Notes under the pieces: generated by a model
What the model saw: the letters and a program-made list of their open reading frames with translations, nothing else
What the model was told of the DNA's origin: nothing
Databases searched by the model: none
Made by a program: the position numbers and the translations under genes
Shown here: piece by piece, positions 1 through 14,669 of the stretch
How the letters are laid out: every line of letters starts with the position of its first letter
Numbering within the stretch: the stretch's first letter is position 1
Source: Asaia bogorensis
GTDB taxonomy: Bacteria; Pseudomonadota; Alphaproteobacteria; Acetobacterales; Acetobacteraceae
NCBI GenBank assembly: GCA_945868845.1
Contig: CAMBMS010000014.1
Location: forward strand, 2,592-66,591
Reading direction: 5' to 3'
DNA length: 64,000 bases

Positions 1-937
1 CAACGATGTCGGCGAGCGGGATGGCGCGCTGGCGGTCGCGCAGCAGCCAATGATAGCCGTTCGGGTAATAGGCGCGGCGGACAGTATCGCTCAGCCTGGA
101 CCAGACGGCACGCGTGGCGCGAGGGGGAATGATCTCATCCTTGCCGCCATATAGTACCAGCGCCGGGGCGCGGAAACGCGGGGCGGTGGCGTGCGCGGCG
201 TCCATGAGGTCTGCCATGCCGCGGATCGTGTCGAAACGGGTTTCCTTGATGGTGCGCGGGTTCCGGCTGAGTTTTTCCAATGCGTCGCGGTTGTCGCTCG
301 GGACGCGCCCGGCGGCGCGGCCGGTGGTGGTGAGGCCGGGAAATAGGTTCGCAACCACCCAAAGACTGGAGCGGATTAAAATATTCATCTGCGCGCGGCC
401 CCAGACGGCGGGGGCGAGCAGGATATAGCCGTCGGCCTCGGGCGGCGCCTTACCAGTCGAGGCCAGCATCAGAGTGGCCGCGCCCATGCTTTCGCCCATG
501 AGAAACAATTTGGCGCTCGGGTAGCGGCTGCGCAGCAGGCGTGACATCGTGGCGGCATCGTCTGCCAGGGCCTGCGCGCCCGGCCAGTAGCCACGCTGGG
601 CGGTGTGGCCAAAACCGCGTTGATCGGGGGCAAACAAGGCGATGCCGGCAGCGGTGAAGGCGGGTGCGGGGTATTCCCAGGCATCCTGGCTGTCGTTCAT
701 GCCGTGCAGCGCAAGGATGACGGCCCAAGGGGGGCCATCCTGGGCCTGCTCGCGTTCTGGCAGCCAGGCGCGATAGGGCAGGAGCGTGCCGTCTTCCATG
801 ATGAAGCTGTCGTCGGTTTGGCTCGGTTCAGTCATTTTTGGGCCGGGCGGGGCAAGGGCAGGAACGCAGGCTGCGAGCGCGAACAGGGCCAGCAAAAGCG
901 TGGTGTGCAAGGGAGCGGTTGAATACACGGCCCACAT
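1..937 (-). CDS. Alpha/beta hydrolase (lysophospholipase-like), probable lipoprotein; 3' end runs off the window
   Basis: Manual translation (not in ORF track): LLLALFALAAC lipobox, ILALHGMND, nucleophile motif LMGESMGAA, VLYGGKDEII, YPNGYHWLLRD; start could be 937 or 946. Confidence 0.85.
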   Translation of the reverse strand, partial: MWAVYSTAPLHTTLLLALFALAACVPALAPPGPKMTEPSQTDDSFIMEDGTLLPYRAWLPEREQAQDGPPWAVILALHGMNDSQDAWEYPAPAFTAAGIALFAPDQRGFGHTAQRGYWPGAQALADDAATMSRLLRSRYPSAKLFLMGESMGAATLMLASTGKAPPEADGYILLAPAVWGRAQMNILIRSSLWVVANLFPGLTTTGRAAGRVPSDNRDALEKLSRNPRTIKETRFDTIRGMADLMDAAHATAPRFRAPALVLYGGKDEIIPPRATRAVWSRLSDTVRRAYYPNGYHWLLRDRQRAIPLADIV

Positions 938-978
938 CGCTATCATCCTTGCGTTTTCCCGACTAGTGAGGAGATATC

Positions 979-1167
979 ATGCCGGACGGCGCGACCCCGA
1001 CCGAGATTCTGCATGTCGATGACCGCACGGTGGCCTGCGATGGCGGGGGTGGGGTGCTGGGCCATCCGCGGGTGTTTCTGCGCATCGCGGAGCGCGAGGC
1101 GGTGTGCCCGTACTGTTCCCGGCTGTATGTGCTAAATGAGGGGGCGGGCCACGGCGCCGGGCACTGA
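979..1167 (+). CDS. Small zinc-finger (zf-CHCC) protein
   Basis: CDGGGGVLGHPRVF...CPYC; GAGGAG RBS upstream. Confidence 0.9.
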   Translation: MPDGATPTEILHVDDRTVACDGGGGVLGHPRVFLRIAEREAVCPYCSRLYVLNEGAGHGAGH

Positions 1168-1174
1168 TCCGGCG

Positions 1175-3922
1175 GTGAACGGTACCAACTTCATCCTGAT
1201 TGACGGATCGGGATTTATCTTCCGCGCCTTTCACGCGCTGCCGCCGATGACGCGCCCTGATGGCACGCCGGTGAATGCGGTGTTCGGTTTTACCAACATG
1301 CTGGCGCGGCTGCTTAAGGATCACGGCGGCACTCATATAGCCGTTATTTTTGACGCAGGGCGGCTGACTTTTCGGAATCGAATTTACGACCAATACAAGG
1401 CGCATCGCCCGCCGGCGCCGGAGGAGCTGATTCCGCAATTCGCCCTGGTGCGCGAGGCCACCGAGGCTTTCGGCGTGCCGGCGATCGAGCTGGCGGATTG
1501 GGAGGCGGACGACCTGATTGCATCCTATGCGTCCGCGGTGACGGAAGCCGGGGGGACGGCGACGATTGTTTCCTCTGACAAAGACCTGATGCAGTTGCTG
1601 CGCCCCGGCGTGATTATGCTGGACCCGATCAAGCAGAAGCCGATCGGCGCCGCCGAGGTGATGGAAAAATTCGGCGTCACGCCGGAGCAATTGGTGGAAG
1701 CGCAGGCGCTGATCGGCGATTCGGTGGACAATGTGCCGGGTGTGCCAGGGATTGGCCCGAAGACGGCGGCGCAATTGATTGCGGAATTTGGTACTGTGGA
1801 AGCCGTACTGGCGGCAGCGCCGTCGATGAAGCCATCGAAGCGGCGTGATGCGCTACTGGAGCACGCGGAGAAAGCGCGCATATCGCGCCAGTTGGTGGAA
1901 TTGCGCTCCGACGCGCCTCTGCCCTTGTCGCTGGACGCCCTGGTGGCGCGCGAACCGGACAGAGAGAAATTGGCATCTTGGCTTATGGCGCAAGGGTTTC
2001 GCACTACCCTGGCGCGACTGGGGTTGGAGGGCGCGAGTGACGCACCCGCGTTAGCCGCCATGCGCACACCGGCGGCAGTGGCGCTGGACTCGGTTGGCCA
2101 GAAGACGCAGGACGTGCCATTCGGTCCTTATGTTTGTGTCAGTCACAGTGACGAATTGTGCGCCTGGGTAGACGAAGCGCGTGCCGCCGGAGTGGTTGCG
2201 CTGGATACCGAGACCGATGGGCTAGACGCGATGCGCGCTGCGCTGGTGGGTTTCTCGCTCGCCGTGGCGCCAGGGCGGGCCTGCTATGTGCCGCTGCGCC
2301 ATGAGCTATTGGGCGAACAGATATCACTGGACAGCGCGCGGGCCATTCTCTCGCCGCTGCTGGCGGATGTGCGTGTGCTGAAAGTGCTGCAAAACGCTAA
2401 ATTTGACATGATGGTGCTGGGTCACGCGGGATTTTCGGCCATCGCTCCTGTCGACGATACAATGGTGATGTCGCATTGTATGGAAGCCGGCGGGCATGGT
2501 CATGGAATGGACGAACTGTCCCGGCTTCACCTGGGTCACACGCCGATATCGTTCGATGCGGTTACGGGGACGGGGCGCAATCGTTTAACCTTCGCGGAGG
2601 TGTCGCTCGATCGCGCGACGGCCTACGCGGCGGAGGACGCGGACGTCACATTGCGGTTGTGGCACGCGCTGCATCCGCGTTTGCGTGGGGCCAAGTCGCT
2701 GGCTTTGTACGAACAGGTCGAACGTCGGTTGATCCCAATATTGCTGGAGATGGAACGTGCCGGCATCAAGGTGGACGAGTTGGACCTGCGGCGGATGTCG
2801 GGCGATTTCGCGCAGCGTATGACGGGAATGGAAGCGGAGATTCATCACCTCGCCAGGCGTGCGTTCAACGTCGCGAGTGCAAAGCAATTGGGTGAAGTGC
2901 TATTCGATGAGATGGGACTCGCCGGCGGCAAGCGGATGAAGACTGGGGCCTGGGGGACAGACGCCTCGGTGCTCCAAAATCTCGCCGATCAGGGCCACGA
3001 TCTCCCGGCGCGCGTGCTGGAATGGCGGCAATTGGCAAAGCTAAAATCAACCTATGCGGATGCGCTGGTCGATCAGATCAATCCGGAAACGCGGCGGGTA
3101 CATACGAATTTCGCGATGGCGATTGCGTCGACCGGGCGTTTATCCTCCACCAATCCGAACCTACAAAATATTCCGATCCGCACTGAGGAAGGCAGCCGTA
3201 TCCGGCATGCGTTCATCGCCGAGGATGGGCATGTTCTGGTGAGCGCGGATTATTCACAGATCGAACTTCGCCTTTTGGCGCATGTCGCGGATATTCCGCA
3301 ATTGAAGGAAAGTTTCGCGTGCGGGGAGGATATTCACGCGCGTACGGCGTCCGAAGTGTTCGGCCTGCCGATGCAAGGCATGGACCCAATGACGCGACGG
3401 CGAGCGAAGGCGATTAATTTTGGTATAATCTACGGCATTTCCGCCTTTGGCCTGGCGCGGCAACTGGGCACCACGCCGGGTGAAGCCAAGGGTTATATCG
3501 ATGCGTATTTTGCGCGCTATCCGGGCATTCGCGTCTATATGGAACGGGTGAAGGAGGAGGCGCGGGCGGCGGGGTTTGTCCTGACCCCGTTCGGGCGGCG
3601 CTGCTGGGTGCGCGGTATCGCTGATAAGAATGCAGCGAGCCGCGCCTATGCGGAACGCCAGGCGATAAACGCGCCGTTACAGGGCGGCGCAGCGGATATT
3701 ATCAAGCGGGCGATGGTGCAGCTGCCGCACGCCTTGCGGCAGGCGGGCATGCGCGCGCGGATGCTGCTGCAAGTGCATGACGAATTGCTATTCGAGGCGC
3801 CCGAGAACGAGGCGTCACCGCTGGCCGCGCTGGCAAAACAGGTGATGGAGCGAGCAGCGCAATTGTCCGTGCCGTTGATAGTGGAGACTGGGGCGGGGCG
3901 GACTTGGGCCGATGCGCATTGA
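1175..3922 (+). CDS. polA: DNA polymerase I
   Basis: LIDGSGFIFRAFHA 5'-3' exo, ALDTET 3'-5' exo, SADYSQIELR, RRAKAINFGIIYG, LQVHDEL; GTG 1175 chosen as start. Confidence 0.98.
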   Translation: MNGTNFILIDGSGFIFRAFHALPPMTRPDGTPVNAVFGFTNMLARLLKDHGGTHIAVIFDAGRLTFRNRIYDQYKAHRPPAPEELIPQFALVREATEAFGVPAIELADWEADDLIASYASAVTEAGGTATIVSSDKDLMQLLRPGVIMLDPIKQKPIGAAEVMEKFGVTPEQLVEAQALIGDSVDNVPGVPGIGPKTAAQLIAEFGTVEAVLAAAPSMKPSKRRDALLEHAEKARISRQLVELRSDAPLPLSLDALVAREPDREKLASWLMAQGFRTTLARLGLEGASDAPALAAMRTPAAVALDSVGQKTQDVPFGPYVCVSHSDELCAWVDEARAAGVVALDTETDGLDAMRAALVGFSLAVAPGRACYVPLRHELLGEQISLDSARAILSPLLADVRVLKVLQNAKFDMMVLGHAGFSAIAPVDDTMVMSHCMEAGGHGHGMDELSRLHLGHTPISFDAVTGTGRNRLTFAEVSLDRATAYAAEDADVTLRLWHALHPRLRGAKSLALYEQVERRLIPILLEMERAGIKVDELDLRRMSGDFAQRMTGMEAEIHHLARRAFNVASAKQLGEVLFDEMGLAGGKRMKTGAWGTDASVLQNLADQGHDLPARVLEWRQLAKLKSTYADALVDQINPETRRVHTNFAMAIASTGRLSSTNPNLQNIPIRTEEGSRIRHAFIAEDGHVLVSADYSQIELRLLAHVADIPQLKESFACGEDIHARTASEVFGLPMQGMDPMTRRRAKAINFGIIYGISAFGLARQLGTTPGEAKGYIDAYFARYPGIRVYMERVKEEARAAGFVLTPFGRRCWVRGIADKNAASRAYAERQAINAPLQGGAADIIKRAMVQLPHALRQAGMRARMLLQVHDELLFEAPENEASPLAALAKQVMERAAQLSVPLIVETGAGRTWADAH

Positions 3923-3939
3923 GTTTGGGGGAGCAGACG

Positions 3940-4779
3940 ATGAATGATCTGGCAGGACGGGTGGCGATTGTTACGGGTGCGGCGGGTGGTATCGGCCAAG
4001 CCTTGTGCCGGGCTTTCGTTGCCGCCGGGGTGAATGTGGCGCTGGGCGATACGCACCGCGAGGGGGTGGCAAAGCTGCATGTGGAGCTGGGCCCCGCTCA
4101 GACCATGCCCTTGGTGTTCGATGTGTCGGACGCCAATGCCTGTAGCGATGCGGCGCGTAAAGTCGGCGCGCATTTTGGTAAGGTGGATGTCCTGGTCAAC
4201 AATGCTGCCCTGGGCATGGGTCTGGTACGGACAGATCATATGACGCGCATGGTGCAGATCGAGGATATCTCGCCGGAGAAATGGGCGGCGTTCGTCGCGG
4301 TGAACCTATCCGGACCGTTCTATATGGCGCGCGCGGTAGTGCCGGGGATGCGGGCGCAAAAGTTTGGCCGCATCATCAATGTGACGACCAGTTATTTTAC
4401 CATGCTCAATCCCGGGTTTTCGCCCTATGGTCCGGCGAAGTCGGGGCTGGAAGCGTGGACGACAAGTTTTTCCGGCGAACTGAAGGGCAGTGGGATTACC
4501 GCCAATGTGGTGGTGCCCGGCGGGCCAACGGATACGCCGATGGTTCCAGCGGATTCGGGGATGGATCGCAGCCAGCTGATTCGGCCCGAAAGCATGGCAC
4601 ATCCGATGCTTTATCTGTGCTCCGATGCGGCCGCCGACGTCAGCGGGCGTCGTTTTGTCGCGGCGCATTGGGATCCATCCTTGCCGGCGGCGCAGGCGGC
4701 GGAACAGGCGGGCGCGCCGGCGGGTTGGCCCGATTTGGCGCGCAATCCGGTCTGGCCGGGCGGTGGGCCAAAGCGCTGA
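3940..4779 (+). CDS. SDR family oxidoreductase
   Basis: TGAAGGIG, LVNNA, YGPAK. Confidence 0.9.
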   Translation: MNDLAGRVAIVTGAAGGIGQALCRAFVAAGVNVALGDTHREGVAKLHVELGPAQTMPLVFDVSDANACSDAARKVGAHFGKVDVLVNNAALGMGLVRTDHMTRMVQIEDISPEKWAAFVAVNLSGPFYMARAVVPGMRAQKFGRIINVTTSYFTMLNPGFSPYGPAKSGLEAWTTSFSGELKGSGITANVVVPGGPTDTPMVPADSGMDRSQLIRPESMAHPMLYLCSDAAADVSGRRFVAAHWDPSLPAAQAAEQAGAPAGWPDLARNPVWPGGGPKR

Positions 4780-4789
4780 TATCAGAACG

Positions 4790-5533
4790 TTAACTTTGTA
4801 ACTTTGCTGCGAGTAAGAATTCGTGATTCCCCTCGGGGCCAGTGATAGGGCTTGCGGTGATACCCAGCACGGTCCAGCCGGGCCGGGCCGCCCACCATGT
4901 ATGAATGCGTTCGCAGACTTCTGCGTGTACGGCTGGATCTCGCACCACGCCCTTCGCACCGATGGCGGCGCGGCCGGCTTCGAATTGCGGTTTTATTAGT
5001 GCCACCGCCCATGCGCCGGGCGCACATAGACTTAATGGGGCGGGCAGCAGGGTCATGAGGCCGATGAAACTGGCATCGCAGACCAATGCGGCGATGGGGT
5101 CGGGAATTTGTTCTCGCGTCAGATGGCGAGCATTGGTTTTTTCATGTACCACAACGCGCGGATCGCTGCGCAGTCTCCAGGCCAGCTGGCCATGCCCGAC
5201 ATCCACGGCGCGCACTTTTGCCGCACCTCGGGCGAGCAGAACATCGGTGAAGCCACCAGTGGAGGCGCCGATATCGATGCAGATTTTCCCCAGTGGCGAG
5301 AGGGCAAAATATCGCAGCGCATGATCGAGTTTCAGCCCGCCGCGCGAAACCCATGGGTGATCCTGGCCTCGGACATCCAGCGGAGAATCCTCCGCGAGCA
5401 TGTCGCCGGCCTTGGCGATGCGGCGATCGGCGGAAAAAACCTTGCCGGCGAGGATCAGCGCCTGCGCGCGGGCACGCGTCTCAACCAGGCCGCGGTCGAG
5501 CAATAACTGATCGGCGCGGCGCTTGGTGGCCAA
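4790..5533 (-). CDS. tlyA: TlyA family rRNA methyltransferase
   Basis: S4-like N-terminus, VSRGGLKL, DIGASTGGFTD, LIKPQFEAG, GPEGNHEF. Confidence 0.95.
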   Translation of the reverse strand: MATKRRADQLLLDRGLVETRARAQALILAGKVFSADRRIAKAGDMLAEDSPLDVRGQDHPWVSRGGLKLDHALRYFALSPLGKICIDIGASTGGFTDVLLARGAAKVRAVDVGHGQLAWRLRSDPRVVVHEKTNARHLTREQIPDPIAALVCDASFIGLMTLLPAPLSLCAPGAWAVALIKPQFEAGRAAIGAKGVVRDPAVHAEVCERIHTWWAARPGWTVLGITASPITGPEGNHEFLLAAKLQS

Positions 5534-5551
5534 GTGACCCCCCCCGTTGCC

Positions 5552-7489
5552 TTAGTCCGAAGCCGCGCCGATGTGCCGTGTATGGCTGGCAAGGGCGGCG
5601 GCGGCCGTGGCGACAATGTCTTTCGCGGTCAGGCCGGCCTGGATCATCTGCTTGGCCTGGCTGTCATGATCGATAAAAATATCGGGCAGGATCATCGGGC
5701 GGAATTTGGTGGTGCCGTCCAGCAGGCCTTTCCAGGCGAGGTGTTGCATCACCTGCGCGGCAAACCCGCCGATCGCACCCTCCTCGATGGTAATGAAGAT
5801 CTCATGCTGGCGGGCCAGCCGCTCGACCAGGGCGGTGTCCAGCGGTTTGGCGAACCTGGCGTCAGCGACGGTGGTGGAGAGGCCGCGTGCGGCAAGTTCA
5901 TCGGCGGCTTTCATCGCCTCGGCCAGCCGCGTGCCGTAGGAGAGGATGGCGATGCGGCCGCCTTCGCGTAGGATTCGTCCGCGGCCGATTTCCCAGATTT
6001 CGCCCTGTTCGGGCAGGGCCACGCCCGTACCGTCGCCGCGCGGATAGCGGAACGCGCTGGGCCGGTCGTTGATGGCGGCTGCCGTCGCGACGGCGTGCAT
6101 CAATTCGACTTCATCCGACGGTGCCATCAGCACGAAACCGGGCAAGCAGCCAAGGTAGGAAATATCGAAACTGCCGGCATGCGTCGCGCCATCGGCGCCA
6201 ACCGGGCCGGCACGGTCCAGTGCGAAGCGAACAGGCAGACGCTGGATGGCGACGTCGTGCACCACCTGGTCATAGCCGCGCTGCAGAAAGGTTGAGTAAA
6301 TAGCGCAGAACGGCTTAAGCCCTTCCGTCGCCATGCCGGCGGCGAAGGTGACAGCGTGCTGTTCGGCGATGCCGACATCGAAGTAGCGATCGGGGAATTT
6401 CGCGGCGAAGCGGTCGAGGCCTGTACCCGATGGCATGGCGGCAGTAATCGCCACGATCTTGGAATCGCGCGTTGCTTCGGAAATCAGTGCGTCGGAGAAA
6501 ACCTTTGTGTAGCTGGGTGGGCCGGGCGCGGACTTCGCCAGCTCGCCCGTAATTACATTAAACTTTCCGACGCCGTGATATTTATCCGCCGATTCCTCCG
6601 CCGGGGGATAACCCTTGCCCTTGCGAGTAATCACATGTAGCAGGATCGGACCGCGTTCATCTGCTTCTCGCACATTGCGCAGCACCGGAAGTAAATGATC
6701 GAGATTATGGCCATCGATCGGGCCGACATAGTAGAAACCCAGCTCCTCGAACAAGGTGCCGCCGGTGAGCATCCCGCGGGCATATTCCTCCGCCCGGCGC
6801 GCGGTGCGCTCGATACCCTTGGGGAATTTCTTCGTCATTCGCACGGCGAGATCGCGCAGATTGAGGAAGCGACGTGAGGATATCAGGCGCGATAAATAAG
6901 CGCTCATCGCGCCGACCGGCGGCGCGATGGACATGTCGTTGTCATTCAGGATGACGACGAGGCGCGAATGCATGGCACCCGCATTGTTCATCGCCTCATA
7001 GGCCATGCCCGCGCTTATGGCTCCGTCGCCGATCACGGCTACCACATGACGGTCGTCTTTTTCGCCTGCCGCCTGCCTTAGGTCACGGGCGACCGCCATG
7101 CCGAGCCCAGCGGAAATCGAGGTGGAGGAATGTGCCGCGCCAAAGGGATCGAAATCGCTTTCCGAACGGCGCGTGAAGCCGGAAAGGCCGCCGCCCTGGC
7201 GGATCGTGCGGATGCGCTCGCGCCGCCCGCTCAGGATTTTATGCGGATAGGCTTGGTGGCCGACATCCCAGATCAGCCGGTCGGTCGGCGTGTCGAAGAT
7301 TGCATGCAGTGCCACCGTTAGTTCCACCACGCCGAGCGCCGAGCCGAGATGGCCGCCGGTGACGGAGACCGCATCGATCAGTTCGGCGCGCAGTTCATCG
7401 GCCACCTGGCGCAACTTCAAGGGCGAGAAATTGCGTAGATCGGCGGGGGCATGAATCTGGTCCAGCAAAGGCGTGTGGACAGGGGGCAT
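5552..7489 (-). CDS. dxs: 1-deoxy-D-xylulose-5-phosphate synthase
   Basis: [45 protein letters not shown] 7489 rather than the extended ORF. Confidence 0.97.
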   Translation of the reverse strand: MPPVHTPLLDQIHAPADLRNFSPLKLRQVADELRAELIDAVSVTGGHLGSALGVVELTVALHAIFDTPTDRLIWDVGHQAYPHKILSGRRERIRTIRQGGGLSGFTRRSESDFDPFGAAHSSTSISAGLGMAVARDLRQAAGEKDDRHVVAVIGDGAISAGMAYEAMNNAGAMHSRLVVILNDNDMSIAPPVGAMSAYLSRLISSRRFLNLRDLAVRMTKKFPKGIERTARRAEEYARGMLTGGTLFEELGFYYVGPIDGHNLDHLLPVLRNVREADERGPILLHVITRKGKGYPPAEESADKYHGVGKFNVITGELAKSAPGPPSYTKVFSDALISEATRDSKIVAITAAMPSGTGLDRFAAKFPDRYFDVGIAEQHAVTFAAGMATEGLKPFCAIYSTFLQRGYDQVVHDVAIQRLPVRFALDRAGPVGADGATHAGSFDISYLGCLPGFVLMAPSDEVELMHAVATAAAINDRPSAFRYPRGDGTGVALPEQGEIWEIGRGRILREGGRIAILSYGTRLAEAMKAADELAARGLSTTVADARFAKPLDTALVERLARQHEIFITIEEGAIGGFAAQVMQHLAWKGLLDGTTKFRPMILPDIFIDHDSQAKQMIQAGLTAKDIVATAAAALASHTRHIGAASD

Positions 7490-7494
7490 GCCGA

Positions 7495-8409
7495 TCAGCT
7501 CCGTCGGGAAACCACGAAGGCGGTGAGCGCGCGCAGATGATCCGCGCCTGGGCCGAACCCATCCAGATGGGACGCGGCTTGCTGCGCCAGCATATCGGCA
7601 TGGGCGCGCGCCATGTCCAGCCCCAAGATCGTGACCATTGTCGCCTTGCCCGCCGCCGCGTCCTTGCGGGTGGCCTTGCCGGTTTCCGCCGCCATGCCTT
7701 CCGCGTCCAGCAGATCGTCGGCGATCTGGAAGGCGACGCCAAGATCGCGGCCATAAGAGGCGAGCTGGTGGCGCTGCGATTGCGGCGCGTGGCCGAGAAT
7801 GGCACCAGCTTCCGCGCTGTACTGGATCAACTTGCCGGTTTTCAGGGCTTGCAGGCGGGCAATTTCCGGGCCGCTGAGGGGATTTGTGCTGGCGCGGGCC
7901 TCCGCCAGCATGTCGATCATCTGCCCGCCGGCCATGCCGCGCGCGCCAGCCGCGGCCCCCAGTGCCATCACCAGCTCGCACCGCGCCTGCGGGTCCGAAT
8001 GGGTGTCGGGTTCGCCGAGGATCTCAAATGCGCGGCATTGCAGCGCATCGCCCGCCAGGATGGCGGTGGCTTCGTCAAATTGCCTGTGCGCCGTGAGCTT
8101 GCCGCGCCGTAGATCGTCATTGTCCATCGCCGGTAGATCATCATGGATCAGCGAATAGGCGTGCAGCATTTCGACCGAAGCCGCAACGCGGGCGGCGCAG
8201 GTGGGGGAGGCGGCAAACAGCGCCGCGGATTCCATCACCAGGAAGGCGCGTAGCCGCTTGCCACCGCCAAGGGTGGAATAGCGCATGGCCTCTGCCAGGC
8301 GCGCCTCGGCACCCTCAATCTCCGGCAGCAGATTGTCGAGCGCCCGCTCGGCGGTTGCGGCGCAACGCCGCAGCGCGTCGGCCAGGGGGGTGTTGTCGTC
8401 CTCGGCCAT
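7495..8409 (-). CDS. ispA: Farnesyl diphosphate synthase / polyprenyl synthetase
   Basis: [32 protein letters not shown]. Confidence 0.95.
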   Translation of the reverse strand: MAEDDNTPLADALRRCAATAERALDNLLPEIEGAEARLAEAMRYSTLGGGKRLRAFLVMESAALFAASPTCAARVAASVEMLHAYSLIHDDLPAMDNDDLRRGKLTAHRQFDEATAILAGDALQCRAFEILGEPDTHSDPQARCELVMALGAAAGARGMAGGQMIDMLAEARASTNPLSGPEIARLQALKTGKLIQYSAEAGAILGHAPQSQRHQLASYGRDLGVAFQIADDLLDAEGMAAETGKATRKDAAAGKATMVTILGLDMARAHADMLAQQAASHLDGFGPGADHLRALTAFVVSRRS

Positions 8410-8413
8410 GCGA

Positions 8414-8683
8414 TTATGCTAATGGTCGGGTGCCGAGCGTGCCATCGGCGCGTTCGACGATGGCGGCGACACGGGCCTCTGCCTCCGCCAGCTTAGCTTC
8501 GCAATGGTGGCGCAGGGCGGCACCGCGTTCATAGGCGGCGATGGCGTCCTCCAGCTTCTGCTGGCCGCCTTCCAAGCCACGCACAATCTGTTCCAGTTCC
8601 GCCAATGCGTCCTCGAAGGACAGGCGGGCGACATCTTCTTGCGTCTGGCCGGCGGGTTTCGCCGGCCGCTTAGCGTCCGACAT
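8414..8683 (-). CDS. xseB: Exodeoxyribonuclease VII small subunit
   Basis: SFEDALAELEQIV..LE..YERG; xseB-ispA-dxs order. Confidence 0.95.
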   Translation of the reverse strand: MSDAKRPAKPAGQTQEDVARLSFEDALAELEQIVRGLEGGQQKLEDAIAAYERGAALRHHCEAKLAEAEARVAAIVERADGTLGTRPLA

Positions 8684-8875
8684 GGCGTACTACTCCCTTT
8701 CGCGCTGTGGGTTAGGTACCCTGTCCTGAGCCACGCGCCAACCCCGGAGGCTGGGGTGAGCCGATAGGAAGAAAGATTGGGGACTTTGCCCCTGAATCCT
8801 CGTTTACGGTAGCGGCGAATTGACGGAGAACAGCACTGTTCTACGACTGTTTTTTCGGCACTTTCTGGGGGATCA

Positions 8876-9550
8876 GGCATTGACCGCTGGCGGGCTGTAG
8901 TCGTCCGCGATGCGGGACCCGGTCAAATATTTCGACAACTTCTCCGAGGTGATCGGCATGGCGGTGTTGCTGTATGTCCGTTACCCACTGTTGCTGCGTA
9001 ACGTGGAGGGCTGACTGGCTGAGCGCGGGATCGAGATTTGCCATGAGACCGTGCGGCTAGGGTGGAACCTCTTCGGCCCGCTGTTGGCCGCTGAGCCCAG
9101 AAAACGCCGGCTCTGATTGCGCCAGGGCTGCCCGAAGTAGCAGATGCATCTCAAGAGGTGTTGGTGCACATCAACGGCCGAACCCGCTCTCTGTGGCGGG
9201 CCGTCGATCATGAAGGCGGGGTTCTGGAAGCCGTTTCAACGAAGCCGCTCGCTCGCTGTGCTGCCTTGAAACGTCTCAAGAAACGGATGAAGCGCTATAG
9301 TCAGCCGCAGGCCGTGGTGACCGACAGGTGTGCTTGCTATGGCGCGGCCCTGCGTGAGATCCCCAACGTGCCCCGCCATGTCTGCACCAGCCATTCTGGC
9401 GACGCGAGCGGGCGATGCTGTGCTTCCGGCGCATGGGGACGCTGCAGAAATTCGCCGCCGTGCACGGCTCCGTCCGTCATCGCTTCGACCAACAGCGTCA
9501 ACCGATCAGCCGACAGACCGACAAGACAAACTGCTCCGCGACTCCCGCGC
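8876..9550 (+). mobile_element. Degenerate IS6-family element (transposase pseudogene)
   Basis: From ATG 8910: YVRYPLLLRNVEG*LAERGIEICHETVR (TGA 9012), then LWRAVDHEGGVLE, VVTD, HQPFWRRERAM..FRRMGTLQKFAAVH; stops and frameshifts; ends approximate. Confidence 0.88.
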
Positions 9551-9586
9551 GGGCGAAAAATCACAAGCGGTTTACCGAGCCCCGCC

Positions 9587-9991
9587 TCAGGAGGTGGCGG
9601 CCTCCAGCATCGCGCGGGCGGACTGGATGCGATCCATCGCGGTATTGATCGCATCGACATCCGTCTTATCTAACGCCCCCAGCGCGGCGGTCGCTTCGCT
9701 CAGCCGCTGCTCGCCGGTCGCGCGGGACACTTCCGCCACCGGAATAGCTTCATCGGCCAGCACGGTGCAGCGCTCCGCCGTCACTTCCGCGAACCCGCCG
9801 GCGACGAACAGGCGGTCTGTCACCTGCCCGTTTTCCACAATGCCGATTATCCCGCCGCGCAACAGCAGTAGTACGGGCGCGTGCAATGGCATCACGCCCA
9901 TCTCGCCCTCGGCGCCGGGGATGACGACCATTTCCACTGCCTTGGAGAGCAGCAGTTTTTCCGGGCTGACGATTTCCAGTTGCAACGCCAT
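9587..9991 (-). CDS. atpC: ATP synthase F1 epsilon subunit
   Basis: LEIVSPEK, GEMGVMPLHAP, GGFAEV; operon position. Confidence 0.95.
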   Translation of the reverse strand: MALQLEIVSPEKLLLSKAVEMVVIPGAEGEMGVMPLHAPVLLLLRGGIIGIVENGQVTDRLFVAGGFAEVTAERCTVLADEAIPVAEVSRATGEQRLSEATAALGALDKTDVDAINTAMDRIQSARAMLEAATS

Positions 9992-10015
9992 TTGCATACC
10001 TCCTTCAGGCCAAAA

Positions 10016-11458
<1,443 letters not shown>

Positions 11459-11464
11459 CTATAC

Positions 11465-12352
11465 TCAGACGGCTTCGGCGCCGGAAATAATTTCGATCAA
11501 TTCGCGCGTGATATTAGCCTGCCGCGCGCGGTTATAGTTTTGCGACAACCGCTTGATCATGTCGCCCGCATTGCGTGTCGCATTATCCATCGCCGTCATG
11601 CGCGCTCCATGCTCGCCGGCCGCGCTTTCCAGCAGGGCACGATAAAGCTGGACCGCCAGGTTCTGCGGCAGCAGCCGCGCCAGCATAGCTTGCTCATCGG
11701 GTTCATATTCGTAGGCGGCCTGCATCCCCGCCGCGACGGGCGCACCCATCACTTCCAAGATCGGCGCCGGGATTAACGTGGCTTCCGTTACCACCTGGGT
11801 AATGACGGATTGAAACCGGTTATAGACGATGGTGCAGACATCGATTTCTCCCGCGTCCAGCATGGTGGTGATCCGCGCCGCCACATCTTGAGCATCAGAG
11901 AATTCCAGCCGCCTTTTGCCCGCATAGGATACATCGCCAACAATACGCGATGCCAGCTCTCGGCGCAAAAAATCCCTTCCTTTTCGCCCAACCGGAAAAA
12001 TTTTTACTGTCTTGCCTTCGGATTCCAAACGCCGCGCTAACAGTCGCGTCGCCCGGCCAATGGAGGAGTTGAACGCGCCCGCCAGACCGCGATCGGCAGT
12101 CACGGGGACAAGTAAATGAATTTTATCCGACCCCGTGCCGACCAGAAGCTTCGGCGCATTCGAGCTCACGGCGACGGAGGTCGCTAACGCCCCTAGCATG
12201 CGCTCCATCCGCTCCGCATAGGGTCGTGCCGCCTCGGCGTGCTGCTGCGCTCGGCGCAGCTTCGAGGCCGCTACCATTTTCATCGCGGAAGTGATCTTCT
12301 GCGTCGACTTAACGCTGTTGATCCGAACGCGCAGTGACTTTAAGCTGGGCAT
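11465..12352 (-). CDS. atpG: ATP synthase F1 gamma subunit
   Basis: [34 protein letters not shown]. Confidence 0.98.
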   Translation of the reverse strand: MPSLKSLRVRINSVKSTQKITSAMKMVAASKLRRAQQHAEAARPYAERMERMLGALATSVAVSSNAPKLLVGTGSDKIHLLVPVTADRGLAGAFNSSIGRATRLLARRLESEGKTVKIFPVGRKGRDFLRRELASRIVGDVSYAGKRRLEFSDAQDVAARITTMLDAGEIDVCTIVYNRFQSVITQVVTEATLIPAPILEVMGAPVAAGMQAAYEYEPDEQAMLARLLPQNLAVQLYRALLESAAGEHGARMTAMDNATRNAGDMIKRLSQNYNRARQANITRELIEIISGAEAV

Positions 12353-12380
12353 ATGCGTGCCTTGCTAACGGAAAACGCGC

Positions 12381-13913
<1,533 letters not shown>

Positions 13914-13914
13914 A

Positions 13915-14484
13915 TCAGGCGGCTCCCTTCATGGCGTATTGCAGGCGCTGGAGGCGGGATTTCAAGGAGGTGTCATAGAGGCGGGCGCCGATTTTCACGA
14001 CCAGTCCGCCCAACAAGGTAGTGTCCACTTGCTCGATCAGGTTCACGTTGCCATAGCCAGCTTCGATTAGCCGCGCGCGCAGGGCTTGGCGTTGTGTGTC
14101 GGTCAACGGATGGGCGGTGGCAACATGGGCGGTGATCACGCCGCGCTTTTCGGCCACTAGGGCCGCGAAGGCGGCGACGATGCCGCGCAGGGCGCGCAGC
14201 CGGCGATTGGCGGTGATGACGCCGACGAAATCGCGCACGATCTTGCCAAACCCGTGGTTTTCGAGCACCGCTAAGGCGGCCCGCGTCGCCTGGTTCACGT
14301 CGATCAGTGGAGAATCCAGCAAGCGGCGGAATTCCGGGCTGGCTTCGATCAGTCGCGCCAGGGTTTCCATCTCCGCGACCGTTGCGTCCAGCGCATACTG
14401 ATCGTCGGCATGGGCATAAAGCGCCGCGGCATAGCGATCGACGAGACCGCCGCCTGATGAAATGGTCGTGCTGCCTGACGCCAC
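13915..14484 (-). CDS. atpH: ATP synthase F1 delta subunit
   Basis: [23 protein letters not shown]; first gene of atpHAGDC. Confidence 0.95.
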   Translation of the reverse strand: MASGSTTISSGGGLVDRYAAALYAHADDQYALDATVAEMETLARLIEASPEFRRLLDSPLIDVNQATRAALAVLENHGFGKIVRDFVGVITANRRLRALRGIVAAFAALVAEKRGVITAHVATAHPLTDTQRQALRARLIEAGYGNVNLIEQVDTTLLGGLVVKIGARLYDTSLKSRLQRLQYAMKGAA

Positions 14485-14669
14485 GATCTAGGTTCCTCAG
14501 TCATGGGGCCGGATGAAAAACAAGCGGGCAAAAAACAAACTGGGGCGCCCCGGCGCGCGGCGTCTAGCACGGGTTTTCCCCAGCGGCAACCGGCCGGGGG
14601 CCACAAGCTCACACTGTTCCGCTCCCGGGAAACATTACGCCATCGATCTGACGAGTTTAATATCTACGG

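Noticed and set aside
7490..7981. Extended N-termini of dxs (also pimC, ModA-like, paaG, SDR 21937)
   Set aside because: They overlap neighbouring genes or promoter regions; downstream starts match the family N-termini
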